Source: a virus (taxonomy: Duplodnaviria > Caudoviricetes). Taken from it: DNA of 48,484 nt. Made by a program: the position numbers and the translations under genes. Where the stretch lies: IMG/VR virus record IMGVR_UViG_3300025600_000008, positions 1-48,484 of that record. One strand, written 5' to 3'. Below the pieces are notes generated by a model. The model was not told the DNA's origin. It ran no database searches and saw only the letters and a list, made by a program, of their open reading frames with translations. Below, piece after piece: positions 29,388 through 39,315 of this stretch (positions are counted from its first letter, which is position 1; each line of letters opens with the position of its first letter).

Positions 29388-29597
29388 TCACTTTTTAGAT
29401 TGTTCAACTTTCTGACACCGAAGGCAAACGCCATCTCGATATAAATGACCGTAAACAAGCCAACATTTAAACTTAAATAATCGAGTATGCTGTTGTAATA
29501 CTTCTGCACATTGAGTGTCTAATTTCGCCTGAATATCGGCTTTTACTTTCTTTTCGATAGCCTGTGTTAATTCGAATATTTGTTCTTTGTATTTCAT
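29388..29597 (-). CDS. Hypothetical protein
   Basis: KC.L.GH.Y....C.RC motif. Confidence 0.6.
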   Translation of the reverse strand: MKYKEQIFELTQAIEKKVKADIQAKLDTQCAEVLQQHTRLFKFKCWLVYGHLYRDGVCLRCQKVEQSKK

Positions 29598-29633
29598 TTT
29601 AATTTGCTTTAAAGTTACTTAATTTTCAATTGA

Positions 29634-30257
29634 TCACGCAAGGTAATCGTTTAATATTTCACGGATAAATTTTGCTCTTGACGGCCACGTTATAAAGGAT
29701 TCATTGTGGTTAATTGAATGTGTTAAATTACCAATGATAATTTTAATTTCTTCAATGTCATACTTTTCCGGTTCGCATTTAATCTTTTCCATTTCTTCAT
29801 CGGCCAAAGAATTAAACCTTTCCCAATTTTTCATACTTAACATGCTGTTATTTGTCCAAAAATGCTTTTTGACTTCCGGTATCGCTTCGGCTACCCATCG
29901 CCCGTTATCATAGATTACAATTGATTTACGCCCTGCTGTTGCAAGTTTTGACAATCCGATTAACTGCAGTCTTCCGGACTTCATTTTGTCCATATCGTTG
30001 TTGCTTTTAATTGTGCAACCGGAAATAAAACCGCGTTTTCTGGCTTCGCCGATTAGGAATGATTGCCATTCGAATTTTAGATTATACGTTTCAATCCACT
30101 TTGCAAATTGATGATTATTAAAATCCAAAACCGGTTTAGATTTACATTTTGAATTGTAAAAATCCATTTGTTCTTTTGTGGACATTGATTTTATTGCCTC
30201 CGCTAACTCAACTTTAAATTGTTTCCCGTCAAGTTCAAAAAATGTTGTTTTGCTCAT
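29634..30257 (-). CDS. Hypothetical protein
   Basis: 207 aa; EA.KRGF..G and IY.NG.WA motifs. Confidence 0.7.
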   Translation of the reverse strand: MSKTTFFELDGKQFKVELAEAIKSMSTKEQMDFYNSKCKSKPVLDFNNHQFAKWIETYNLKFEWQSFLIGEARKRGFISGCTIKSNNDMDKMKSGRLQLIGLSKLATAGRKSIVIYDNGRWVAEAIPEVKKHFWTNNSMLSMKNWERFNSLADEEMEKIKCEPEKYDIEEIKIIIGNLTHSINHNESFITWPSRAKFIREILNDYLA

Positions 30258-30457
30258 TTTGTTTGGGTTTTAGTATCAATGTATATTTTATTATTTATTA
30301 CTTTAAATTCGTTTCCAAAAAGAAAGGATATTTCTGTTGTTTCCCCATTGACAGTTATGTGAATTTCGGTATTTAAATTTGTCTGTATTACAACTTCATT
30401 TTTACTGTCGTCGTGTGATAGTTCACTTAACTGATATAATTTTACAAGTGTTGGCAT
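30254..30457 (-). CDS. Hypothetical protein
   Basis: Coupled small ORF. Confidence 0.55.
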   Translation of the reverse strand: MPTLVKLYQLSELSHDDSKNEVVIQTNLNTEIHITVNGETTEISFLFGNEFKVINNKIYIDTKTQTK

Positions 30458-30459
30458 TT

Positions 30460-30657
30460 TTAAAATAATTTAAAAGTTGTTTCTATTCTGTTTTCTTTAC
30501 TTATTTTCTTTCCCTTAATACATGCCCAATATCTTAAAGTTACAAACGAATACCGCAATAATTGAATGTGACCGTAGTGATATTTAAACTTTCGCTTATC
30601 CCATCGCTTTATTATTTTTGCATTAAATCGGGATTGTGATGTGTAAAAGGTGTTCAC
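30460..30657 (-). CDS. Hypothetical basic protein
   Basis: GTGA-coupled small ORF. Confidence 0.5.
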   Translation of the reverse strand: MNTFYTSQSRFNAKIIKRWDKRKFKYHYGHIQLLRYSFVTLRYWACIKGKKISKENRIETTFKLF

Positions 30658-30842
30658 AATTTTAGCCCCTCTTGCAAATCATTTTTATTGATCTTTCTCA
30701 AATCGCTTTCAAGTTTGGCCCAAAAATAGCAAGTTACGATTGAATCAGGTATTAACTGAACACATCCGCAAACCCTTTCTTTATTCAGGAACTTGACAAA
30801 TTTAATCAGTAGTTGGCGTTCTGTTTGTTTGCGTGCGATCAT
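30654..30842 (-). CDS. Hypothetical protein
   Basis: TAATG-coupled small ORF. Confidence 0.55.
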   Translation of the reverse strand: MIARKQTERQLLIKFVKFLNKERVCGCVQLIPDSIVTCYFWAKLESDLRKINKNDLQEGLKL

Positions 30843-31489
30843 TACTTGAAGTCGTAAAATGGTTTATCATCCGAATTTGTAATAATCGGCATAACAAGCA
30901 ATTTAATATCGCCAATGCTGAAAATATTACCATGCGATGAATTGCCGTGAGTTAATTGAATTTCATATGATCCGATAAATTCACAAATGTTTTTTAACGA
31001 TGTTAATCTACGAGCTAAAAAATAAGTATCGCCAATTCTAAATTTTTCGTGCGGATCTGGAATCATATTTCCTGTTGGTTTCCCGTGCCGCAATGTTCCC
31101 GATCCATTGCATCTATCACAATCGTGCGAATGGCCGCACGCATCACATTCAACTTCGCCTGACCCCTCGCATTCATGACATTCAATATCCGGCTCAAATT
31201 CGGGAATTTTAAGACACCTAAATAAGGCATCACTAATTTGATACAATGCGATAATAATCGGATTTTCTTTTTTGTAATCATCTGTCACCACATGTTTTGA
31301 TATTGTGGTTAATTTTGACGGCTCAATTATTTCATCAAAATAATGCAATGGCATCATAATAAATTCGTGCGCTTCCGTTGCACAATTGTAATCTATTCCG
31401 GCATAATTGAACGGAAAAGGTTTTTTAAAATCTGGTCTGTAATCTGATTCTTTTTCAGTGAACGAGTTTAATAGTTCTATTGCTGTCAT
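30842..31489 (-). CDS. DnaJ-type Zn-finger phage protein
   Basis: CHECEGSG..CDAC..CDRCNGSG; C-terminal L.MP. Confidence 0.75.
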   Translation of the reverse strand: MTAIELLNSFTEKESDYRPDFKKPFPFNYAGIDYNCATEAHEFIMMPLHYFDEIIEPSKLTTISKHVVTDDYKKENPIIIALYQISDALFRCLKIPEFEPDIECHECEGSGEVECDACGHSHDCDRCNGSGTLRHGKPTGNMIPDPHEKFRIGDTYFLARRLTSLKNICEFIGSYEIQLTHGNSSHGNIFSIGDIKLLVMPIITNSDDKPFYDFK

Positions 31490-31540
31490 TTCCTTATCGT
31501 TTTAAAATTTACGTAAAAATATATCGAATATTAATACATT

Positions 31541-31825
31541 TTACAAAAGATGTTTTATAACATGTTTTCCATGTTTCACCATAAATTCAGCATGAATCTG
31601 CATTAGTTCGGCTTTGGTGTATGGTGGTGACTGCGTATGAATTGCATCGTGAAGATTGTAATTAAGTGCAATTAATCCATTAATGTCGAGTTTATTTTTG
31701 CCTATTCTGCCGTTGATGTGATGAATATTTACCCCCGGCGTTCCATCCGCTTTCACTTCGCAAACAATATCTTCTTTGATTTGATAGCCAAAGTAGTCCA
31801 TATAGATTTTGATGTACTTTTCCAT
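31541..31825 (-). CDS. HNH-like small nuclease
   Basis: CEV...IHHI.GR....LIAL...HD.IH. Confidence 0.65.
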   Translation of the reverse strand: MEKYIKIYMDYFGYQIKEDIVCEVKADGTPGVNIHHINGRIGKNKLDINGLIALNYNLHDAIHTQSPPYTKAELMQIHAEFMVKHGKHVIKHLL

Positions 31826-32181
31826 TATTGATGATATTGCATTGCAAGATGAAGCATTTTTAACGTTTTATTGGTCATTAACGTATCGGGAGTAACGCGA
31901 AATATCCTCCACCCTAAAAGAGTTCCGGCATTATATTTCTCTACGTCTCCCAAGAATCCCGCGCCTCTCGTATGCCGACCTCCAGACCAAACACCACCCT
32001 CAACTTCGATAGCTATCATATATGGTCCAAGTATTGCATAATCAAAACGCCATTTTCTGGTGTCGTGAAATCGATATTCTTTTACGACTTCAAGATTTAA
32101 TGTTTCTTTGCACACCAATGTAAACACATCACTTTTCAATTCCTGTGAGTTTTTAGGCCTCTTTTCTTTTGAGATAGTCAT
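31825..32181 (-). CDS. PD-(D/E)XK endonuclease (DUF559/Vsr-like)
   Basis: EYRFH..RKWRFDYA...IAIEVEGG.W..GRH.R..G...D.EKYN....GW. Confidence 0.8.
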   Translation of the reverse strand: MTISKEKRPKNSQELKSDVFTLVCKETLNLEVVKEYRFHDTRKWRFDYAILGPYMIAIEVEGGVWSGGRHTRGAGFLGDVEKYNAGTLLGWRIFRVTPDTLMTNKTLKMLHLAMQYHQ

Positions 32182-32197
32182 TCTATTATCTTTTTGA

Positions 32198-32683
32198 TTA
32201 TTCGTTAAAATTAAGGTATGCAAATTCTTTAAAATGATGTTTTGCGGCCTTGTCGTATGCTCTTGCGGCGTCTGATTCGTCCATAAAATATCCGATGTGA
32301 ATTAGTTTTCCGTCTATTTGTATTCGCGATTGCCATTTATTATCCCTTTTATGCCAACAGACACCCTTATAAATAGATGTGCAATTTTTATCAGGTTTCT
32401 TCTGATTCATCATGTTTTCTTGATGCGTACAAATCCTTAAATTTAGTTTCTGATTGTTGCATCCATTGCCATCCTTGTGGTCTATATCTGATTTTTTAGG
32501 AGTGTCGCCTATAATAAATTGGTGCATATGCACGGTCTTCTGTCTGCCGTTAACAGGAACGACTCTTCTTGCATAAAATGTGTTTCCGTTTTTGAGTGCA
32601 TACCACTTAAATTGATTAACCATTTGGTAATCTTCGTCGTCTACTATTGCAACTTTTCCCTGTGTTAATTGTATTTCTTTCAT
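32198..32683 (-). CDS. HNH endonuclease with AP2 DNA-binding domain
   Basis: MKEI.LTQGK.A.VDDED, IDH.DGNG.NN...NLR, S.YKGV.W, GYF..E..AARAYD.AA. Confidence 0.9.
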   Translation of the reverse strand: MKEIQLTQGKVAIVDDEDYQMVNQFKWYALKNGNTFYARRVVPVNGRQKTVHMHQFIIGDTPKKSDIDHKDGNGCNNQKLNLRICTHQENMMNQKKPDKNCTSIYKGVCWHKRDNKWQSRIQIDGKLIHIGYFMDESDAARAYDKAAKHHFKEFAYLNFNE

Positions 32684-32694
32684 AATTTAAAATT

Positions 32695-32789
32695 AAAAAC
32701 CGCCACTCTTTGAGATGGGAGGATCTCGCAAAATGACGGCTGTTAAAATGTTTTAATTTGCACCTCCTCCCAAAAGCATTACAAAGATA
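32695..32789 (-). promoter_or_regulatory. Promoter plus kissing-loop structured leader of the HNH-AP2 gene
   Basis: TATCTTTG at 32782-32789; UGGGAGGA complementary to UCCUCCCA at the tip of a long hairpin followed by U5. Confidence 0.55.
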
Positions 32790-32870
32790 ATAAATTTATT
32801 TAAATATTTAAATCTGAGAATGTTTTAATAGGCTCAAAAGTCGATTTGCATTTTTTACAGATCATTTATT

Positions 32871-33134
32871 TTAAATTAATCCGTTTTCTAATTTCCACAA
32901 ATCCCATGCGTCTTTTACGTTTGCGTCCTCCCATGATCCTATCTGAATCCTGTCTTCATGATCACTGTAAAGGAACGACGGCAACCCAAAAACTTTTTTA
33001 GTTTGTGTCTGATTTTCTTTTTCAAGTTCCATTATCATTTTAACCGCGCCTCTCAGGATTCGGTTATATTCACTGAATGACATTGAACCTGGATTGTCAT
33101 CAGCGTCGCAAATTTCATCAAATGTGATTTTCAT
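32871..33134 (-). CDS. Hypothetical protein
   Basis: 87-aa ORF, co-oriented. Confidence 0.65.
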   Translation of the reverse strand: MKITFDEICDADDNPGSMSFSEYNRILRGAVKMIMELEKENQTQTKKVFGLPSFLYSDHEDRIQIGSWEDANVKDAWDLWKLENGLI

Positions 33135-33178
33135 GTTTTGGGTTTTATCCGGCGAGTTGCCCCGCCGGAATGGTTAAA

Positions 33179-35560
33179 TTAAATTACATTTCCATCAAGA
33201 TCAATTTTTACACTGCATTTTATATCAGTATCCGAAAATAGCTGAAATTGTCCTTCTTGCTCGCATGCAGTCATGTGGTTACGTTTGTTGATCTCAAAGT
33301 AACTATCTTTTAGCTCGATTGAAATTGATTTGCGCCCCATTTTAATTGACTGGAACCCCTCTGAACCAATACCGCCGAAAGGACTTAAAACAACTTCGCC
33401 ACGATTAGAGTATAAAAGTATAATGCGCTCTATTACACCAAGTTGAAGTGGGCAGATATGTTTTTCGTCGCCGTTTCCTTTTGCATTCATATACTGCAAA
33501 GTATTGGTTACGTCAATATCCATCCATACCGGAGAGGCGTAGCGCTGCCAAACCTGATGCGAATACTGTTCTGTTTTGCTGTATTTACTTTCCTGATCGT
33601 ATCCCCAAAATTCATTAAATCCTTCGACCGATTTCGGGAATGTATCGAATTGGTGCATTGGAATATAATAAGTAAACCGAATATCATCTAATTGAATAGG
33701 CGTTTCGTTTACTTCTTTGGTCTTAAAACAAAGCACTCTATCAGGTAATCCGGCGCGAATAATACTCATGTCTTTCGTGACTTGTTTGTGGGCTAATCCG
33801 ATTGTTTTTGTTCTAACGGCTGCCAAAAGTGGATCTTTCCAGATCGTAAATTCAGAATGTAGGAACATATCTAAACTTTCAAAAATATCGCCAATCATCG
33901 CGCTAAATCTGCGAATTCCTATAAACCCATCGCGCCCCTTTTGAGTAGGTAAATCCATGCAGTGAATTGCAATTATCCGCCCCGGTTTAATTACTCGTTT
34001 CAATTCAATCGCCAAATATTTAAACTGCTCCACGAATTGATCATATCCGGTAACATTTCCCATATCTTCGATATAGTTGCTGTAACAATATAAATCCGCG
34101 AAAGGTGGGGAAAAAACGATTAAGTCTACCGAATTATCTGCAACCTCTTTAATCCTTTGCACACAATCGCCTCGCATTAATAAAAATTTGTCCGTTTTTA
34201 AATCCAATGAATTCATAGCATAATTTGTTAATTGTCCTTTTAAGTTTTTAGTAATCGCTTTAACCATATTCAACTGCATCGCTTCAAATGACTTTTGTTT
34301 GTCGTTTTGAATCTTCATAACATTAATCATTCTGTCTGTTGTGACCATCCAACAAGTTACCTTTTCAGTTCTGCCAAACCTCCAACTTCTACGCATTGCC
34401 TGAAATGCTTTCTCAAAACTAAAGTCAATCGAATTGAAAATCTGATAACCGCAATTTTGATAATTCAATCCCATGCTTGCAATTGATTCTTTTGTAATCA
34501 GAATTTGAAAGTTGTTATGAGCGAACCCAAGTAGATCAGTTTCCTTTTTTTCGTTTGAATCTGAGCCCTGAACGTTCCGGCAGTCATAACCTAATGCGGT
34601 TAATTGTTTGTATATATTTTTAGCTTCATCATTTTGCTTTGTCCAAATAATAACCGGCTCTGATTTTGGCAGTGACTGAACTATTTCAATAGTTTTTTTA
34701 ATCCTTTCGTTTTCTGTTTCGCGTAAACTTGAATTGTAATCGGTTGCATTTACCGCAATACCTGGAAACATTACGCCCTCTGGCAATGGAGTTGATACCT
34801 GAACTTCGATTATTTCAAGTTCCGGCAAATCAAATTCTGCCGCTTCGAATCCTATATCTTTAGGATGCGAATACATGATAGCCCACGAAGAAACGAACTC
34901 GTAAAATTTATCAACTGCATGCCCTTTTAATCGCCATTTTTGAGTCTGTTGCATATCATTCACAAAGAACATTGCCAACATTTCATTATAGTTCATTGCA
35001 TCTAAAAACTGGCTATGATTACCCAATTCCATCGGGTCGTTAGGTGATGGAGTTGCAGAAAAGCAATACTTATATGGAGTATTCTTGAATTTTTCAATTA
35101 ATAGATTCCGATACTTCCCGGATTCATTTTTCAAAATTGAACTTTCATCTAAACAAACACATCCGAATTGATCGCAGTCGATATTTTCAAGTTGTTCATA
35201 GTTTGAAATATATACGCCATGACCGAATACGTCACTTTTGAGACGTTCGACTGGAACATTGAATTTAACTCCTTGCTCAATTGTTTGACCTGATACAGCT
35301 AACGGAGAAAGAATCAATGATGGTTTTCCGGTTCTTAATGTAACTTGCTTTGCAATCTCTAACTGCATTGGTGTTTTACCCAATCCTGTATTAGCAAAAA
35401 TAGCATACTTCCCATGTTTTAACGCCCTTATTACCGTAAACACCTGAAACGGTTTTAACATCGGGTTAAGTTCGCTTTCGTCAATATCGAACCCTGATAC
35501 AATTTGAGTCTTTTGCTTTGTTTTTAAAAATTCTAAATAATTGTCTTTTACTTCATTCAT
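33179..35560 (-). CDS. SF2 (SNF2-like) helicase fused to N4-C/N6-A DNA methyltransferase
   Basis: TGLGKT, LDESS, SATP, QA.RR..RFG helicase motifs; then GDC, FSPPF catalytic motif and VLSPFGGIGSEG SAM-binding motif (beta-class order). Confidence 0.9.
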   Translation of the reverse strand: MNEVKDNYLEFLKTKQKTQIVSGFDIDESELNPMLKPFQVFTVIRALKHGKYAIFANTGLGKTPMQLEIAKQVTLRTGKPSLILSPLAVSGQTIEQGVKFNVPVERLKSDVFGHGVYISNYEQLENIDCDQFGCVCLDESSILKNESGKYRNLLIEKFKNTPYKYCFSATPSPNDPMELGNHSQFLDAMNYNEMLAMFFVNDMQQTQKWRLKGHAVDKFYEFVSSWAIMYSHPKDIGFEAAEFDLPELEIIEVQVSTPLPEGVMFPGIAVNATDYNSSLRETENERIKKTIEIVQSLPKSEPVIIWTKQNDEAKNIYKQLTALGYDCRNVQGSDSNEKKETDLLGFAHNNFQILITKESIASMGLNYQNCGYQIFNSIDFSFEKAFQAMRRSWRFGRTEKVTCWMVTTDRMINVMKIQNDKQKSFEAMQLNMVKAITKNLKGQLTNYAMNSLDLKTDKFLLMRGDCVQRIKEVADNSVDLIVFSPPFADLYCYSNYIEDMGNVTGYDQFVEQFKYLAIELKRVIKPGRIIAIHCMDLPTQKGRDGFIGIRRFSAMIGDIFESLDMFLHSEFTIWKDPLLAAVRTKTIGLAHKQVTKDMSIIRAGLPDRVLCFKTKEVNETPIQLDDIRFTYYIPMHQFDTFPKSVEGFNEFWGYDQESKYSKTEQYSHQVWQRYASPVWMDIDVTNTLQYMNAKGNGDEKHICPLQLGVIERIILLYSNRGEVVLSPFGGIGSEGFQSIKMGRKSISIELKDSYFEINKRNHMTACEQEGQFQLFSDTDIKCSVKIDLDGNVI

Positions 35561-35593
35561 CGTTTTTATCGTTTTTAGTATTTAATTATGGAC

Positions 35594-35647
35594 CAAATAT
35601 AAGTCAATAATAGTGTTAAATAGACCAAACATGTTTAATAACATGTT
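35594..35647 (-). promoter_or_regulatory. TATATTTG promoter with two AACATGTT boxes
   Basis: -7 element 35594-35601; boxes at 35628 and 35640. Confidence 0.72.
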
Positions 35648-35648
35648 T

Positions 35649-35843
35649 CTATAAAATATGCAGCATTCCCTGCTGCATTGCACACCGTTTCAATATCCCT
35701 ATAATTCTTTCCTGATCTTTAATCTTTTGTATGATTTCGACCTGCATTTGCTCTAATTCAATTAACTTAAATCGTGTATTATCGTAGGCTCTTTGAATCT
35801 CGGTTTCCCTGTTTTCTATTTTCGTTTTAAGATCATCAGTCAT
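35649..35843 (-). CDS. Small coiled-coil protein
   Basis: Start moved to MTDDLK. Confidence 0.55.
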   Translation of the reverse strand: MTDDLKTKIENRETEIQRAYDNTRFKLIELEQMQVEIIQKIKDQERIIGILKRCAMQQGMLHIL

Positions 35844-35844
35844 T

Positions 35845-36033
35845 TTATTTAGCTTTAAAATCATTGCAGTACCGAAAATAACCGCACTCTGAATACGGGA
35901 ATGAATTATCAACCCTGAACATTACCCGCTTTCCTAATTTGCATTTAGCGTTCGTTTTTATAAACCCACGATATGATAATTCTGGCCATGTAAAGTTTAT
36001 GCAATTATCACACTCAACTCTTTTTGCTTTCAT
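35845..36033 (-). CDS. Small Cys-rich protein
   Basis: CDNC...C...C..F. Confidence 0.6.
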   Translation of the reverse strand: MKAKRVECDNCINFTWPELSYRGFIKTNAKCKLGKRVMFRVDNSFPYSECGYFRYCNDFKAK

Positions 36034-36202
36034 CTTCTAATTGTTTTAAAACCGATTCATAAAATTCGATTGTATTTCCGCTTTCCATCATTTCGATTGC
36101 ATCTCGAAGGTGGACTATTGACCAATACGTGTTTTTCATTTTTAACACGTGGTTAAGTATTGGGAATAATGATTTGATGCGGTCGGATTCTTGGGTTATC
36201 AT
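36014..36202 (-). CDS. Hypothetical protein
   Basis: ATGA-coupled ORF. Confidence 0.55.
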   Translation of the reverse strand: MITQESDRIKSLFPILNHVLKMKNTYWSIVHLRDAIEMMESGNTIEFYESVLKQLEDESKKS

Positions 36203-36414
36203 TTTACGATATGATTGAGTGTTAAATCTACCTTAATGCATACCCATCCCCATTTTCTCCATTCTTTCCATGCTATTTTAGAGTCATTCGCAAACTTAAA
36301 AATACTATCGCGACGCCAATAGCTTAGTGTGCTAAAATCACAAACTCCATCCTTTCCGGCACAAACCCAAACATTCTTTACTGGGGCAATGTTGATTTTT
36401 TCTTTCTGTTTCAT
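36199..36414 (-). CDS. Hypothetical protein
   Basis: W......GW.C.KV motif. Confidence 0.6.
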   Translation of the reverse strand: MKQKEKINIAPVKNVWVCAGKDGVCDFSTLSYWRRDSIFKFANDSKIAWKEWRKWGWVCIKVDLTLNHIVK

Positions 36415-36508
36415 TTTGCTTTTTGTTTAAATATTAAAAATCTTAATTGTTCGATTAAAAGGGATAGTTTCCTGTTTTTGTCTTTTACTTCTTGCGGCTC
36501 TTTCATGG

Positions 36509-38254
36509 TTAAAATTTTAAATTATCAACTGATTCAATTTCTTGCGGTTCAATATAATTATTCATTGGAAAATTATTCCTTTGAATCTCTGTATAATATC
36601 TGTTTTCTGTTATTTCATATTGAAAATCAACCTCGCCGGGTATCCCAACTAACCGTTGTTTTTTAATTTTCCCGATAATTATTTTAACGGTTTTGTCTGC
36701 ATAGTCTGTTTTTCGGTACGGCCTCCAAACGCTCACAACATTATCCGCCTTATCTGAAAATGTTCCACCGCCTTTTATTTTGTAAATATCCGGTTGAGGA
36801 TAATTTTCTTTTCCTTGAAAAAATGGAGTAGTTTGATGAGCAACTAATCCAAAACAAACATCATTATCAATGCTGAATTTCTTCAATTTAGTCATAAACC
36901 GGCTAATATAAAGGTCTTCTCGCTCTCCTTTTTCCATTAAATGATCTATGTTATTGTAAGGGTCAACCGTACAACAATTAACGCCGTAACGCCGTATCAA
37001 GTACTTAAATCGTGAAAGTATCCCATCTAATTGATAATCCTCTTCTGGTAAGACAAAGTAAAAATGTTCATTAATAAAGTTTGCAGCGTCACGATATTCA
37101 TCTTCACTCATTACATTTGAAAATCTTTTATCTGTTGATTTTCCTGTATAACAATGAATCAATTCATCTATTAACTCACTTACCGGATAATTTTCAGGAC
37201 AAAACATTGCAAATTTCCAATCTTCTTTTTCGGCTTTTTTAACCTGTAATGCGTTCCAAAAACATGATTTACCTTCATTGTTATATCCGGTTAAAATTGT
37301 AACCTCCCCTTGCCTCCACCGCCAATGCTTATCTAATTTCTCAAAATATGTTGTAGTTCCGTATCGTTTGCCGTTTCTGAACTCATGCAACATTTTATCC
37401 CATTCCATCGCTACGGTAAAAACACCATCTAAGGGTATTTCTTTTGCTGTTTCCAGTATGTTTTTTAGCTCTTCTTTCCCGTATTTAATAAGATATTCAT
37501 TTGCGTCTTTGCAGTCCTTGAAATCGACTAAAAAGCAACGTTCTGCACCGATTCGCCTTATTAGTTCGTTCCGTAGCTGAACGCCAGCCTCGTCTGAATC
37601 AACTGCTATATACCATTTTTCTATTCTTTCGATATCATCATAGCATTGATCTATAAAGTCGAAATTCTTTGCCCCATTTGGAACCGATACGCAATTTTTC
37701 AAGCCAACCTCAATAAATGAAAGACAATCAATTTCGCCCTCAACGATAATAGCAAAGTCATTGTTTTTAATTCCGTTCAGATTGTATAGTATCAATTCAC
37801 CGCCCTTAAATAAACCAAATGATTTTTCTGGCCCGCGATATTTTACATTGATTAGTTCTTCACCTCTGAAATAATTAAAGTTGATTGTTTCTACTTCCTT
37901 TTCAAATTTCTGCATCCAATTTATACCGGACGTGATTTTCATTTGTCGCAAAATGAATTGAGAAATTCCACGACCTTCAAAATATTTAACAACTTTATCG
38001 CTCAATACTGTTCCGTTGTGCCATTCAGGACGCGCAAATGTTTTCTCTTTTGGTTGAAAATCTTTGAACTCATAAAATGCTTCACCGCAATTATGACACT
38101 TTCCTACTTTGTCGTTATGGTTCCAGTTGAAACATTTGTCTTTTTGTTTTTTCCTGTTGGCAGAACACGCCGGACATTGAGTTGATTCGGTCCCGTTATA
38201 TTTTGCAAAATCGACTGTGTATTCCTGTCGTGTTGATTTGGCTACAATTTTCAT
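36509..38254 (-). CDS. Primase-helicase, T7 gp4/Twinkle-like
   Basis: CPAC..CHNC Zn domain, TOPRIM VEGEIDCLS / D.DEAG / KDANE, Walker A TGYNNEGKS, VDPY, LVAH, GG.F..KAD. Confidence 0.93.
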   Translation of the reverse strand: MKIVAKSTRQEYTVDFAKYNGTESTQCPACSANRKKQKDKCFNWNHNDKVGKCHNCGEAFYEFKDFQPKEKTFARPEWHNGTVLSDKVVKYFEGRGISQFILRQMKITSGINWMQKFEKEVETINFNYFRGEELINVKYRGPEKSFGLFKGGELILYNLNGIKNNDFAIIVEGEIDCLSFIEVGLKNCVSVPNGAKNFDFIDQCYDDIERIEKWYIAVDSDEAGVQLRNELIRRIGAERCFLVDFKDCKDANEYLIKYGKEELKNILETAKEIPLDGVFTVAMEWDKMLHEFRNGKRYGTTTYFEKLDKHWRWRQGEVTILTGYNNEGKSCFWNALQVKKAEKEDWKFAMFCPENYPVSELIDELIHCYTGKSTDKRFSNVMSEDEYRDAANFINEHFYFVLPEEDYQLDGILSRFKYLIRRYGVNCCTVDPYNNIDHLMEKGEREDLYISRFMTKLKKFSIDNDVCFGLVAHQTTPFFQGKENYPQPDIYKIKGGGTFSDKADNVVSVWRPYRKTDYADKTVKIIIGKIKKQRLVGIPGEVDFQYEITENRYYTEIQRNNFPMNNYIEPQEIESVDNLKF

Positions 38255-38979
38255 CTATATTCAGGCTTAAGTCCGTAAGTTAAGTATTCTTCACCTGTCA
38301 TTCCTTTTCCTATTTCTGTCACTGGAATTCGTTCAGGTTTTGGCTGTTCTATTTTATATTCCTTACCGTTGATGTTTTTTGGAGGAAATAATCCGGCATA
38401 ATTCTTCGACATTGAATTTTGAAGCATGGCTTTTGCAATTACTAAATTTTGTCCTGAATCAACAATGAATCCTTTAATAAATGATTTTAGTCCAGTATTT
38501 TTATACGATTGTCCTTTTTCTGATTTATACTTTAACCATTCTAAGATTAAAGGCTCGAATCCTTCAGGAATTGAAATTTCATTTTTTTCCTTAATTGTAT
38601 TATATATTACTAAATAAGAAGTAGTATTTCTATTTTCATTTTCAGTTTCCATATGTGAGGTCATATGACCCTCTTCTTTTTTGTATTGATTCGTTCCTAA
38701 TTTATTATTTCTCCTGCTGTCTGTAAATAACTTACGCCTGTTTTGCTCCTCTTCTAATCTAATATTGTAATATAAACCTTCTTCATCCTGAATAAATTTT
38801 ATTTGTATTGTGTTCCAAAGTTGACCAATCGTTTGACCTATCATATGTGAGGTCATATGACCTCTGTTAAATTGAAGCATTAGCAATTCAATATATGCAC
38901 CTTTTTCTTCGAAAGTCATTCCCATTGTGCCTCCTAAATAATCATTAGGGTAAAATAAAAAAGCCGGATCTTTTGCCAT
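38251..38979 (-). CDS. Replication initiator-like protein (YdaU/DUF1376 N-terminus)
   Basis: PAFLFYP.D.L.GT..MT.EE.GAYI.LL..Q; EWL.YK...S..NY.GLF C-terminus; upstream of the helicase. Confidence 0.75.
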   Translation of the reverse strand: MAKDPAFLFYPNDYLGGTMGMTFEEKGAYIELLMLQFNRGHMTSHMIGQTIGQLWNTIQIKFIQDEEGLYYNIRLEEEQNRRKLFTDSRRNNKLGTNQYKKEEGHMTSHMETENENRNTTSYLVIYNTIKEKNEISIPEGFEPLILEWLKYKSEKGQSYKNTGLKSFIKGFIVDSGQNLVIAKAMLQNSMSKNYAGLFPPKNINGKEYKIEQPKPERIPVTEIGKGMTGEEYLTYGLKPEYR

Positions 38980-39021
38980 AATATCGTAAATTTATTTTTA
39001 CTTTAAACTTCAAAAAAAATA

Positions 39022-39207
39022 TTAATTTAATCCCAGGTAAATCCTAAGTTTTGCCAATTTTTCAATGGCCAATCCCCTATTCCCAGAAAGGAAATGCGAT
39101 AGTTCAGAATTTGAGGCTCCAATCTTTAATGCAACATGTGACTTTTTCAGTCCCAATGCTTTTATTCGTTTTTTAATTTCGTCTGTCATTTTTCTTTTAC
39201 TTTTCAA
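39022..39207 (-). CDS. XRE/Cro-like HTH protein
   Basis: IK..GLKK..VA..IG.S.S.LS..LSG.R. Confidence 0.8.
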   Translation of the reverse strand: MKSKRKMTDEIKKRIKALGLKKSHVALKIGASNSELSHFLSGNRGLAIEKLAKLRIYLGLN

Positions 39208-39315
39208 ATGTTATAAAAACCGGAACTTTCATCCGGTTGATATTGCAAAGATAAAAAACTTTCTATATAAAACTAAATTTCATTAATCATTATTCAAATA
39301 TGTTTAAAAATAGTT

